Assembly: GCA_963832745.1 (NCBI GenBank)
Contig: CAWHVC010000001.1
Coordinates: forward strand, 704,001-768,000
Length of the DNA: 64,000 nucleotides
Direction: 5' to 3'
Source of the DNA: Candidatus Bathyarchaeota archaeon
Lineage (GTDB): Archaea > Thermoproteota > Bathyarchaeia > Bathyarchaeales > Bathycorpusculaceae
Made by a program: the position numbers and the translations under genes. The notes beneath the pieces were generated by a model. The model did no database searches. It was given only the letters and a program-made list of their open reading frames with translations, and was not told the DNA's origin. Of the stretch, positions 19,971-28,471 are shown piece by piece (positions within the stretch are counted from its first letter, which is position 1; each line of letters starts with the position of its first letter).

Positions 19971-20975
19971 CTATTGACGTCTATCGATAATATCCAGCGC
20001 GTCAGGACCTGTACCTATCAATGTAACGGGCACGCCGGTTCTTGTTTCAACTTCTTTAACGAAATCTTTAGCTTCAACCGGCAAGTCTTCAAACTTACGA
20101 ACGGCATTACATTTTGGGAATAAGCAGTCAAGTTTTGTAAGCGCCGCCTGAGTTGCCCCGTTAATTCTGGCTGTTTTCTTTGCTAAATCAAAATCAAACG
20201 GTGCACTGCGTCGGTCTCTACCGGTGCCTGCTGCAGTTTCAAACCAGCCACGTTTTACGGCTTCTTCTTTGCTGATTTCGCCTGGCAACGGTCCGCCGCC
20301 AACGCGGGTAATAAAAGATTTGTAAACAATCATTACATCATCGACTCTTGTTGGGCCTACGCCTGCTTCTGAAGCTATTGCGGATGCACCTGTGTCTCTA
20401 CCTGTAACGTATGGGTAGTCGCCGCTTAGGAACAGTGACAACATAAAGCCTTGAGTACCTTCAAGCAACACGTTTTTGCCTGCGTCTAAGCCGTCGTTTA
20501 CTTCTGCTATGCCGTCAGTAATGAACGGTTTGAGTTCTGGAATGTCTTTTGCAAGTTTAGCGGTTCTTCTAACGCGTTCTTCTAAGGCTGGCCCGACTCC
20601 CCAACCGGTTGTGCCGATGCCCTTGTTAACGGCACTGGCTTTGTCTTGCATGCTGTGTTTTTCTTCGATAATTGAAGCCATCTGGTCGATGCCTATTCGG
20701 CTTTTGTCAACTTGAGTTAATTCGAGTTCTTTAAAGAATTGGCCGACATGCACGTTCGCGCCTGCAGAAATCAGGAGCCGACATTTCGCATAAATGAAGC
20801 CTGCTGGAACCATGTGCAGAGCATATTTTTTGCCTTCATGCCAAACTGTGTGTGCCGCATTGACCGAACCTGTGCGGACGCAAAAGTCAAGCTTGTCTTT
20901 AAGTGCTAAGTACGAAATTATTTTTCCTTTGCCTTCGTCTCCCCAGAAGGCACCTACAATAACCGTGCAAGGCAT
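19971..20975 (-). CDS. purA: Adenylosuccinate synthetase (short archaeal type)
   Basis: GAFWGDEGKGK, EGTQG, YPYVT, TRVGGGP, TKLD. Confidence 0.96.
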   Translation of the reverse strand: MPCTVIVGAFWGDEGKGKIISYLALKDKLDFCVRTGSVNAAHTVWHEGKKYALHMVPAGFIYAKCRLLISAGANVHVGQFFKELELTQVDKSRIGIDQMASIIEEKHSMQDKASAVNKGIGTTGWGVGPALEERVRRTAKLAKDIPELKPFITDGIAEVNDGLDAGKNVLLEGTQGFMLSLFLSGDYPYVTGRDTGASAIASEAGVGPTRVDDVMIVYKSFITRVGGGPLPGEISKEEAVKRGWFETAAGTGRDRRSAPFDFDLAKKTARINGATQAALTKLDCLFPKCNAVRKFEDLPVEAKDFVKEVETRTGVPVTLIGTGPDALDIIDRRQ

Positions 20976-21040
20976 AACAATTCACCTTTGAAAGGTTCAC
21001 TTATGAATTATTTAAAACTGTTGGAGCAACAATTATGACG

Positions 21041-21418
21041 TTAACGTCTGGCTTTTGCTTCTGCATCTATAACTTCTAAAAGTTTGATTACAGCTTTGCC
21101 TTTCGCTTCTTTTTCTTCAGAGGTTATTGTGGATTTTTCGGGACAAATATCATCAATTATTACACCTGTTTCTTCATCTAAAATCACGGGGTAAACGCCA
21201 CAACCTGCAGGCTTATCATTGTAAACGCTGCATTGACGTTTTTCTAAATCGTAAAAGACACAGTAGCCATTGCGGTTTTTGAGCTGCGCGTATCCTTGTT
21301 TGTCGATTTTCATGAAGTATTTTTTGTGGAACCCTTTTTTCTCTAAACGTTTGATATCCTCGTTTGATAGCAGCATTTCTGTTTCTGTGCAGCAGATTCC
21401 GCAATGTGAACAATGCAT
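21041..21418 (-). CDS. YkgJ-family (CxxCxxCC) cysteine cluster protein
   Basis: CSHCGICC...CVFY...CSVYNDKPAGCGVYP. Confidence 0.9.
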   Translation of the reverse strand: MHCSHCGICCTETEMLLSNEDIKRLEKKGFHKKYFMKIDKQGYAQLKNRNGYCVFYDLEKRQCSVYNDKPAGCGVYPVILDEETGVIIDDICPEKSTITSEEKEAKGKAVIKLLEVIDAEAKARR

Positions 21419-21468
21419 AAACCTAAATTATTAAAAGGTTATTTTAGCCTTTATCCGGAGCCGGCAGT

Positions 21469-21726
21469 TTAGCTTTGTACCAGCATAATGTTTCGGTTAA
21501 GCATCTCGGCGTATGCAACGGTTCTTAATGGGATTCTTTCACTGTTAAGGTTTCCAAACGGAATATATTCTAACAGGTTTGCTTTACCCAATTCAGCTTT
21601 TTTGATGGCAGTTAATTGAACGTTTACTATTACTGCGCCGTCTTTTAGGTGTAGGTTGACGTTTTTTCCGATGTAGGATTTTGCACTGTTTAAACTAAAA
21701 TTTTCCATGCTTTGGTCACCATTCAT
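21469..21726 (-). CDS. Small hypothetical protein, possibly Sm/LSm-like fold
   Basis: KSYIGKNVNLHLKDGAVIVNVQL resembles Sm1; RIPLRTVAYAE resembles Sm2. Confidence 0.6.
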   Translation of the reverse strand: MNGDQSMENFSLNSAKSYIGKNVNLHLKDGAVIVNVQLTAIKKAELGKANLLEYIPFGNLNSERIPLRTVAYAEMLNRNIMLVQS

Positions 21727-21865
21727 TGTCTTGATCGGCGATTTTGCTCCAGCAGTGCTCGCAGATTGGGATTATTTCTCCTTTAAATTGAATGTATAAT
21801 TTAATTTGTTCACTTTGGCAGGTTTCTTCCCACGGGTTTTTGCAATGTTCAATGTGATGTTCCAT
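21716..21865 (-). CDS. 49-aa four-cysteine mini-protein (not in ORF track)
   Basis: MEHHIEHCKNPWEETCQSEQIKLYIQFKGEIIPICEHCWSKIADQDNEW*; GAGG site upstream; overlaps the start of the next gene. Confidence 0.75.
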   Translation of the reverse strand: MEHHIEHCKNPWEETCQSEQIKLYIQFKGEIIPICEHCWSKIADQDNEW

Positions 21866-21998
21866 GATTTTGTTCCTCAAAAACTGCTATGTCGCTTTTT
21901 TGCTTTTAAATGGGCTGTTTGAACTGATAATATCGACTGGGGAGAGGTGAGTTAAAGTAAAACAGTGTGAATTATAATTTTAGAGGTATTGAATTTTT

Positions 21999-22427
21999 AT
22001 GGATTATTATTTTTTAGCGGCAACTGTTACCTTCGCTGTGCAGATTGTAGTTTTAGCCATGTTAATAGTTGGGTTTGGCTTAGAACGGCAGAAACGTTTT
22101 CGTCAACATGGATTTTTAATGGTGGCAGCTGTAATTTTGCATTTAATTACTATATTGGTAGTGATGGTTCCTGCTCTTGGCGTTATCGAATTTACGTTTA
22201 CGGGTCTACCAGTAACCGTCGTTGCTTTCTCGGCTGCTCATGCAGTTATTGGTTTAACCGCTCTAATGTTGGGCATCTGGCTTTCCGCTTCATGGCGACT
22301 TCGTCAGTCCCTGCAGTATTGCGCTCCCAAAAAAATTCCAATGCTCGTGACCTTCACAATTTGGATAATTGCTCTCGTAATGGGTATAACCTTGTTTTTT
22401 ATGCTCTATTTGCCCCTCATGGCTTAA
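21999..22427 (+). CDS. DUF420-like four-TM membrane protein
   Basis: RQHGFLM, ILHL and AAHAVIG histidines within TM helices. Confidence 0.75.
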   Translation: MDYYFLAATVTFAVQIVVLAMLIVGFGLERQKRFRQHGFLMVAAVILHLITILVVMVPALGVIEFTFTGLPVTVVAFSAAHAVIGLTALMLGIWLSASWRLRQSLQYCAPKKIPMLVTFTIWIIALVMGITLFFMLYLPLMA

Positions 22428-22437
22428 CGCCTAAGGG

Positions 22438-22995
22438 TTAAATGTTAATTATTTCGGGGGTAATGCTGTCTTTTGTAATTTTTAGCAATGCAACAGTCGG
22501 CTTGTTTAGCAGGGACGAAGGGCTAGTGGGGCTTCCGGGATTAATGTAAAGTGTTTTTCCTTCCCATTTGATGTTAGCGTTATGCGTGTGCCCATAAACC
22601 AGTACGTCAAACCCGTTTTCTTTTGTTAACTCCCGCATTTTGTCCATGCCTGACATCGTATCTGGGTCATGTATTACCCCGATTTTTCTATCAAAAATTT
22701 TCAATGAATTCAGGTTTGGCAGGATTTCTTTAGTTTCTGGACCATCCATATTGCCGTGGACAGCTAAAACTGGTGCAATCTGTTCAAGTTCTTCAATTAC
22801 TGATAACTCGACTAGGTCTCCTGCATGAATAATGAAGTCAACGTTTTCAAAACTGGTGAAGACTTCTTTTGGAAGACTGTTTGCTCTTGACGGAATATGT
22901 GTGTCTGAAATTAAACCGATAGTTTTTGTGGCTGTCGCATTAGCCATCTCTTTAGACACCATTGTTTGTTCGCTAGTCAACTGTCTGGTCCTCAA
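22438..22995 (-). CDS. Metallophosphoesterase (YfcE/MJ0936 family)
   Basis: ISDTH, HAGD, HGNMD, YGHTH, INPGS; start may be at 22962 or 22947. Confidence 0.93.
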   Translation of the reverse strand: MRTRQLTSEQTMVSKEMANATATKTIGLISDTHIPSRANSLPKEVFTSFENVDFIIHAGDLVELSVIEELEQIAPVLAVHGNMDGPETKEILPNLNSLKIFDRKIGVIHDPDTMSGMDKMRELTKENGFDVLVYGHTHNANIKWEGKTLYINPGSPTSPSSLLNKPTVALLKITKDSITPEIINI

Positions 22996-23104
22996 GCAAT
23001 CGTTTAAACTGTATTTACCCTTATATGGATTCTAGTAAATGGGTATTTGATTTTAAGCTTAATCATCAAAAACAGCTTATTACTCCATAAATCACGTATT
23101 TACC

Positions 23105-23395
23105 GCAAACTTAAATGCAAATCTTGTTGACGACAAAATCTACTCAATCGGTGGAATAAAATCGTTAAACAGTCATAGCGACCTAACAAGTGTTAACGCC
23201 CCTCAAATCTATGACCCGCAAACCGACACTTGACTACACCAGAAACTATTCCGACACCTGTAAATGCGCCAGCATGTATCAGTAGGACATCAAGTGATTC
23301 ACCGAAAATTTATGTTCTAGGCGGCAGCAGTACAGGTTTCAAAACAACATACAACTTAACACAAATTTATGATGTAAACGCAAACTCGTTGACGT
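23105..23395 (+). pseudogene. Kelch-repeat protein remnant
   Basis: ANLVDDKIYSIGG...QIYDPQTDT*(TGA 23231), then a shifted frame TIPTPV...KIYVLGG...LTQIYDVNANS; no start codon. Confidence 0.75.
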
Positions 23396-23506
23396 CTTCA
23401 ATTCTTTAGCCATTCTAAATCCTAATTTCTTTTTTGTCTCCTGTCATTTTTGGTTGCTTTAAACAATTTATTAATATAAGTGCGTTATAACAAACTGCGA
23501 TAATTC

Positions 23507-23863
23507 ATGGACCCGCAATGCGAAGTAATCGGCAAAATTGTGCTTCCAATCTTCAGGTCAATGCTTGCCAAAGAACTTGTACAAAAATATCACCTGTCGC
23601 AAACGCAAACCGCCAAAAAACTTGGCACAACACAAGCCGCAGTAAGCCAGTATCTTAGCAGTAAAAGGGCATACAAGGGCATGGAGCAGGCTGAAGAGTT
23701 TTTGCCTAAAATTCAGGTGATGGCTCAAGAAACCGCCAAAAAACTGGTTAATAATGAAATTAAATCGACTGAAGTAACAGCTGATTTTTGCGGGTTATGC
23801 TCAACTTTTTGCCGAAAAAAAACGCCAGTTGACAGTGCTCCTAACCTTGAGTACTATATTTGA
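23507..23863 (+). CDS. Archaeal HTH transcriptional regulator (COG2522-like)
   Basis: PQCE...LPIFRSMLAKELV...SQTQTAKKLGTTQAAVSQYLSSKR...CGLC. Confidence 0.88.
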   Translation: MDPQCEVIGKIVLPIFRSMLAKELVQKYHLSQTQTAKKLGTTQAAVSQYLSSKRAYKGMEQAEEFLPKIQVMAQETAKKLVNNEIKSTEVTADFCGLCSTFCRKKTPVDSAPNLEYYI

Positions 23864-23938
23864 ACTTCTTAGTTTATTTAGACTATATTAGTCAGCATCA
23901 AAAATAACCAAGCACTTTTCAGTTTAGGAGAAGACAAA

Positions 23939-24232
23939 ATGTCAAAGCTACAATTGATAGTTTTAGAGCCCCATGCCATCAGTAGTAAACCTTCGCAAAA
24001 AGAATCCGCAAACCAGCAAACCGTCAAAGTTAAGCTTGAATGCCCAAGATGTTACTGGATTTTTGAAACCCAAATACCAGACGGTAAACATCCAGAACAC
24101 ACATACAAAAAACAAGAAACCAATCCTGCCCTTGGCGACGTTATTGAAGAGCCTCGAGTCTGTAGAAACCCAAAATGCAACAAACACTTCACCATCTACT
24201 GGTGCAAAAGCGGGGTCACCAGCAAAGTCTAA
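23939..24232 (+). CDS. Putative zinc-ribbon protein
   Basis: CPRC...CRNPKC cysteine pairs; AGGAG site upstream. Confidence 0.7.
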   Translation: MSKLQLIVLEPHAISSKPSQKESANQQTVKVKLECPRCYWIFETQIPDGKHPEHTYKKQETNPALGDVIEEPRVCRNPKCNKHFTIYWCKSGVTSKV

Positions 24233-24368
24233 AAACAGTGTTTTTTTAACAGTTTAATCCTGTTATCAGATTAGTCTTCAACCAAATGTATTTGTCCTCA
24301 TACCAATTTTTTGGGTTTTAACATGCTTTTTTCTTGTTTTTTAACCATTTGGATTTAATCCTTAGGAT

Positions 24369-24430
24369 TTTCTGAAAAAAGCTGGTTTTACTCCTACCCA
24401 CTTAGGTTTCTGCAATGAATTTCTAATAGG
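24369..24430 (+). repeat. Dispersed ~62 bp intergenic repeat, copy 2
   Basis: Aligns by eye with 945-1006. Confidence 0.75.
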
Positions 24431-24559
24431 CTTCAAATAACAGGCAATCAATGGCAAATTCATGTTTATACTATTGTAACTATTTAGATTTGAATAAATA
24501 ATCTATAGACAACTCTTATTTAATATAGAAGCGCTTGCAGGGTTCAAAGTGAAAAACAA

Positions 24560-25399
24560 ATGAACCAAAAAACTTGGCGCCAACCAGCCACCCTAATCAT
24601 CGTAGCAACAGCCGTAAACGCTGCCCTCTACGCAGTAGGCTCCCTAACAACCGCATACATCCCTTCACCATGGGGCATAGGACAATTCCGCCCAGCAGTG
24701 GTTATTCCAAGCTTTTTTGCCATAATTTTTGGTCCATGGACAGGAGGCTTAGGCGCTGCTTTAGGAACATTGATAGCGGATTCAATTAAGCATGGTGGAA
24801 TTTACCCGGGAAGCCTGCTTTCAGCGGTGCCAGGCAACTTTATCGGCTTCTTCATAATGGGCTATTTTCTAAGAAAAAAATTCACTTGGTCCAGATTCAT
24901 AACATGGACAAACATTTCACTGCTAGTCGCTAACTCTGTAGTGGCATTCTTGTACGTGTACATTTACAAGTTTCTTTACGCTCAAACTTCAACGTTCATT
25001 CAAGCATCTAACGACACATTAATTGTACTATCAGCGGGACTTACAATATTTTGGTTTGTAACTATGCTACCTTTTGTACTCATTGTTACGCCGCCGCTAC
25101 TGGCTATTATCACCAAAGCGTTCCCTTCGATCGTTTCGCCGGAAATCAAAGAAGCAGGAATAAAGCCAATACCCAAACGCCTCTTAGGAACGTCAATGCT
25201 TGCACCCGGCATAATCATGATACTAATCGGGTTAGCCATCACTTTCACGCCACTGAACAGTTACATGTCAACTAACATGGTAGCAAGTTACTTGCCTATT
25301 ACAACGCTTAACCTGATTCAACTGTTACTGTACGCGGGCGGCTCAGTTCTTGCATTATTAGGCGCCGTTTTGTTTGTTAAGAAAAGCAGTATAACATAA
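24560..25399 (+). CDS. ECF transporter S-component-like membrane protein (QueT-like) with C-terminal extension
   Basis: QFRPAVVIPSFFAIIFGPWTGGLGAALGTLIAD. Confidence 0.7.
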   Translation: MNQKTWRQPATLIIVATAVNAALYAVGSLTTAYIPSPWGIGQFRPAVVIPSFFAIIFGPWTGGLGAALGTLIADSIKHGGIYPGSLLSAVPGNFIGFFIMGYFLRKKFTWSRFITWTNISLLVANSVVAFLYVYIYKFLYAQTSTFIQASNDTLIVLSAGLTIFWFVTMLPFVLIVTPPLLAIITKAFPSIVSPEIKEAGIKPIPKRLLGTSMLAPGIIMILIGLAITFTPLNSYMSTNMVASYLPITTLNLIQLLLYAGGSVLALLGAVLFVKKSSIT

Positions 25400-25437
25400 A
25401 GAGGTTAGTGCAGGCAAACTGCCGCTCACTTTTTCTT

Positions 25438-26298
25438 TTATTGGTTTAATGGTCGCATAAGGTTTAGTCGCCATTGTTGACCGTAAGCGTTGATTGTCGT
25501 CCAATAGCATTCTTTCTGCACTGTTTCGCCACCAGTAGCGTTTAAGGTAAAGCTGTATTTTCCATGCCCAGAACTCTCAGCTGCCACTCTGTGCCCTACC
25601 GCTAAAAGTTCAGTATATCCAGAGTACAGGGGGTCAGTGAAAAGGTTCTTTCCCTGCTGGGCAGGGTCAGTGTCATAGAGGGATAACCCGTCAGTCTGCA
25701 TAACCAAAGCTGAATAATCCTTACCGTTTAGCAGTGGTGCAATGGTTGTGTTGATTAACTGGTCAGGATGGAAAATGACGCTTACACTGCCGATTTGCTG
25801 GTCGTTTGAATTATAAACTGGGCAGGCTAAAGCTACCCCTTGTACGCCTTCAACAAGCAGCATTGCTGGAGTCATCATGGGCGTCAATTCGCCATGTGGA
25901 TTGGTATAGAGCCAAGCTTGTTCGCCAACGTTTTTGCCTTCTGAACTTTGGTATTTGCTTGGTTCAACAATTATCATGTTATTGTTTAGGTCCTGTGTTG
26001 CTCCATCAATAATGAATGAACTACTCAAAGCTAAATCGTTCACAACAGCACGGGCTTTGTCACCAGAAATTCCCGTTATTGAGAGTTGCTGGGAAGCGTA
26101 AATTAGGCTATCTCTAATTTGTTTAATCTGCGCGTCTATGCCTATTTGTGCCTGAGACAAAATTTGAGTCATTTCAAGCCGAGTTTCGGCATTGCTTTTT
26201 TGGCTACTTGATGTTTGATTAGCAAGATATAGATTGCAACCTATTGATACAATTAAAGCAACGGTTAACACAGCTACTAAGAGCTTTAAAGTATTCAA
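25438..26298 (-). CDS. Membrane-anchored Cache-domain protein without an output domain
   Basis: N-terminal TM; ALACPVY...IGSVSVIF, VMQTDGLSLYDTDPAQQGKNLFTDP, KECYWTT. Confidence 0.75.
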   Translation of the reverse strand: MNTLKLLVAVLTVALIVSIGCNLYLANQTSSSQKSNAETRLEMTQILSQAQIGIDAQIKQIRDSLIYASQQLSITGISGDKARAVVNDLALSSSFIIDGATQDLNNNMIIVEPSKYQSSEGKNVGEQAWLYTNPHGELTPMMTPAMLLVEGVQGVALACPVYNSNDQQIGSVSVIFHPDQLINTTIAPLLNGKDYSALVMQTDGLSLYDTDPAQQGKNLFTDPLYSGYTELLAVGHRVAAESSGHGKYSFTLNATGGETVQKECYWTTINAYGQQWRLNLMRPLNQ

Positions 26299-26396
26299 TT
26301 AACATCAAATCTCCATAAGACATTACGGCTTAACGGTAAATAGAGGTTGTTAAGGGCAAAGCAAGATTAAAAATTCAGTGCAGAAAAACAAAAAAA

Positions 26397-26999
26397 TTAG
26401 GCTTTAACTGGAGCCTTTGTAACAACACGCGGGGGCTTTGTAACTACAATAGACGGTTTCGTGTCAGGTTTAACTGTATCCTCAATCTTAACCGGATACA
26501 CCGAGTAACCCACACTTAACCTATAAGGTGCCAAAAGCATGCCCCAAATCTTGCTTAACTCATCAACCGAAAGCGCATCAGGGACCACTTTTAGGTCCTC
26601 CCCAGCTTCGCTTATGCTGCCTTGAAGGTTTGAACCACGTATAATCGGCGTTTCATGGAACAGCTGCATAATTTTGCCCAAAACGATTTGGTCATTCTCG
26701 CCATTTTGGGTTATAGGCGTGATTAGGTAACGGAGGTTTAGGTAGAGTGGAGGCTTTGACGGGTTCTGGGTGGGTGTCGGCTGGTTGCGCATGCTGGCTA
26801 GTTCGGTGACGTTGTAAAGGTAAACTGAGATTTGTGGCGGTTTTAATTCGGCGGCGTCTTTAGGTGAAAGGAAATTGATTTGCTCAGGGTTTCTGATGAT
26901 GACGCTTGTTTGTTTGTCATCTTTGAAAGCGTTCCAGATTCGGTTGGCAAGAGTTTTGCTTGCACCGTTAATATTGTTAAAGCTCACCTGGTCTGTCAC
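26397..26999 (-). CDS. DUF4255 / Pvc16-Afp16-like tail terminator (cap) protein
   Basis: ISVYLYNVTELASMRN, PPLYLNLRYLITP, DQIVLGKIMQLFHETP, LSVDELSKIW...PYRLSVGY. Confidence 0.88.
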   Translation of the reverse strand: MTDQVSFNNINGASKTLANRIWNAFKDDKQTSVIIRNPEQINFLSPKDAAELKPPQISVYLYNVTELASMRNQPTPTQNPSKPPLYLNLRYLITPITQNGENDQIVLGKIMQLFHETPIIRGSNLQGSISEAGEDLKVVPDALSVDELSKIWGMLLAPYRLSVGYSVYPVKIEDTVKPDTKPSIVVTKPPRVVTKAPVKA

Positions 27000-27005
27000 C
27001 TAAGC

Positions 27006-27440
27006 TTATTTTACGCGTTGCATTGTTTCGAAAACGATTTCTAAGGTTTCAATGGCTACTTCGTTGGCTTTAGCGTTTAAGTCGGGTCCTTTGTATTTGC
27101 TTGGCCAAGCGTTTGTGAAGTCCCAGCGGGCTGCTTCAACGCCTTCCTCGTCAATAAGGATTACGGAAACGTTTTTGCGCATGGTGTTGATTTTTCCTTG
27201 TTCAATCATTTTCCGCCAATTATAAAGCTCCAATGAGTTAGTGATACCCCATTTCAGAATTAACGGGTTGTAGGCTGTGGCGCCGGGCAGTTTTTGAGTG
27301 GTAACTGATGTGCCTTCTCTGTGTTCGATTACTTCGCTTGCGGATTCAGGCACGATTACTTCACAAAAGTTTGCTTGTGCAACACCGGTTATTTCGATTC
27401 TGAAACGATGATTTCGAAAAGGGTCTTTTCTGGTTGACAT
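27006..27440 (-). CDS. T4 gp19-like tail tube protein (Afp1/Pvc1 type)
   Basis: RKDPFRNHRFRIEI, IEHREG, KLPG...LILKWG, RKNVSVILID, AWPSKYKGPDLNAKANEVAIETLEI; GGAGT site upstream. Confidence 0.93.
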   Translation of the reverse strand: MSTRKDPFRNHRFRIEITGVAQANFCEVIVPESASEVIEHREGTSVTTQKLPGATAYNPLILKWGITNSLELYNWRKMIEQGKINTMRKNVSVILIDEEGVEAARWDFTNAWPSKYKGPDLNAKANEVAIETLEIVFETMQRVK

Positions 27441-27529
27441 GTTATCGTTAACTCCAAACATGTACTCAGATGAAGGAATTATTATGTTTTGCCAAAAACT
27501 GCAAAGGCAACGCCGTGGATTTAACGCGT

Positions 27530-27874
27530 TTAATTTTTGGTTATGAAATCGCGGAGGGCTTCTTTTACAGGCATATTAAAAAGCGCACGCAAACGGTCCA
27601 AAGATTCCATGCCGCTGGAGGTTATTGCGTAATATTTGGTGCGTCGCCTGCCTTTTTGTGTCCATTCTCCAACAATGAAGCCGTCTTTTTCCATCTCATA
27701 AAGAAGCGGGTAAACTATACCGGAAGGCAAATGCTGTCCAGTTAGATGTTCAAGTTCTTTGACAAGCCCGTAGCCTGACATGGGCTTCTGGTTAACAAGC
27801 CACAGAATAATGCCTCTGCTGAAGTTTGTTACGATGTTTCTTATCGCTTCCCTTTCAGCCTCATCCACTGTCAA
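27530..27874 (-). CDS. PadR family transcriptional regulator
   Basis: PMSGYGLVKEL, GIVYPLLYEMEKDG, RRTKYYAITSSG. Confidence 0.93.
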   Translation of the reverse strand: MTVDEAEREAIRNIVTNFSRGIILWLVNQKPMSGYGLVKELEHLTGQHLPSGIVYPLLYEMEKDGFIVGEWTQKGRRRTKYYAITSSGMESLDRLRALFNMPVKEALRDFITKN

Positions 27875-27985
27875 AACGCCCCACGTGCAGTTGAATGCTT
27901 ATTTAATCATCGTATTAAATCATTTTTAAGGGCTAAAGTCAAAAAGGTTGATATATCAAAAAAAGAAACTCATAATAGTGGAATA

Positions 27986-28315
27986 ATGGTTGACGTAGTC
28001 TGTGCTTTCCAAAGAGGATTAGATAGGCCTCTTATTCTTTGGCTTATCTCTAAAGGACCTGTTCACGGATATGAAATCAACAATGAAGTAAAACGGTTAA
28101 CTGGTCGACGTCTTAAGCCTGCAACCTTGTATCCACTGCTTAACAAATTGGAAGATGACGGTTTTCTGGTAAGCGAATTGATTGAAAAAGGCCGCCGGAA
28201 ACTGCGATGCTACCGTTTGACGGAGAAGGGAGAAAAATTCCTGTGTAAAACGTCAGAATTGTTCAAGTTGCCCCTTAGACGGATAATTGCGGATTTGCTA
28301 GGCGAACAAGACTAA
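27986..28315 (+). CDS. PadR family transcriptional regulator (divergent paralog)
   Basis: PVHGYEI, TLYPLLNKLEDDG, RCYRLTEKG. Confidence 0.93.
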   Translation: MVDVVCAFQRGLDRPLILWLISKGPVHGYEINNEVKRLTGRRLKPATLYPLLNKLEDDGFLVSELIEKGRRKLRCYRLTEKGEKFLCKTSELFKLPLRRIIADLLGEQD

Positions 28316-28471
28316 AAAAAGAGTTAGCGTGCTTTTCGGTTCAGTTCTTGATTGATAGTTGTTTTTGGTTTCTAAGGGAGCAAGCATGTGGTTGACAGAG
28401 AAGATTATATATCGGAATTTAAATGATTGATAAAATAAAACATTTAAATTATTAAGCAAGAAGGGTAGAAA

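Noticed and set aside
26397-27461. Prophage or provirus
   Set aside because: No capsid, terminase, portal or integrase gene and no att repeats seen; flanks are cellular genes; DUF4255 points to eCIS ancestry instead
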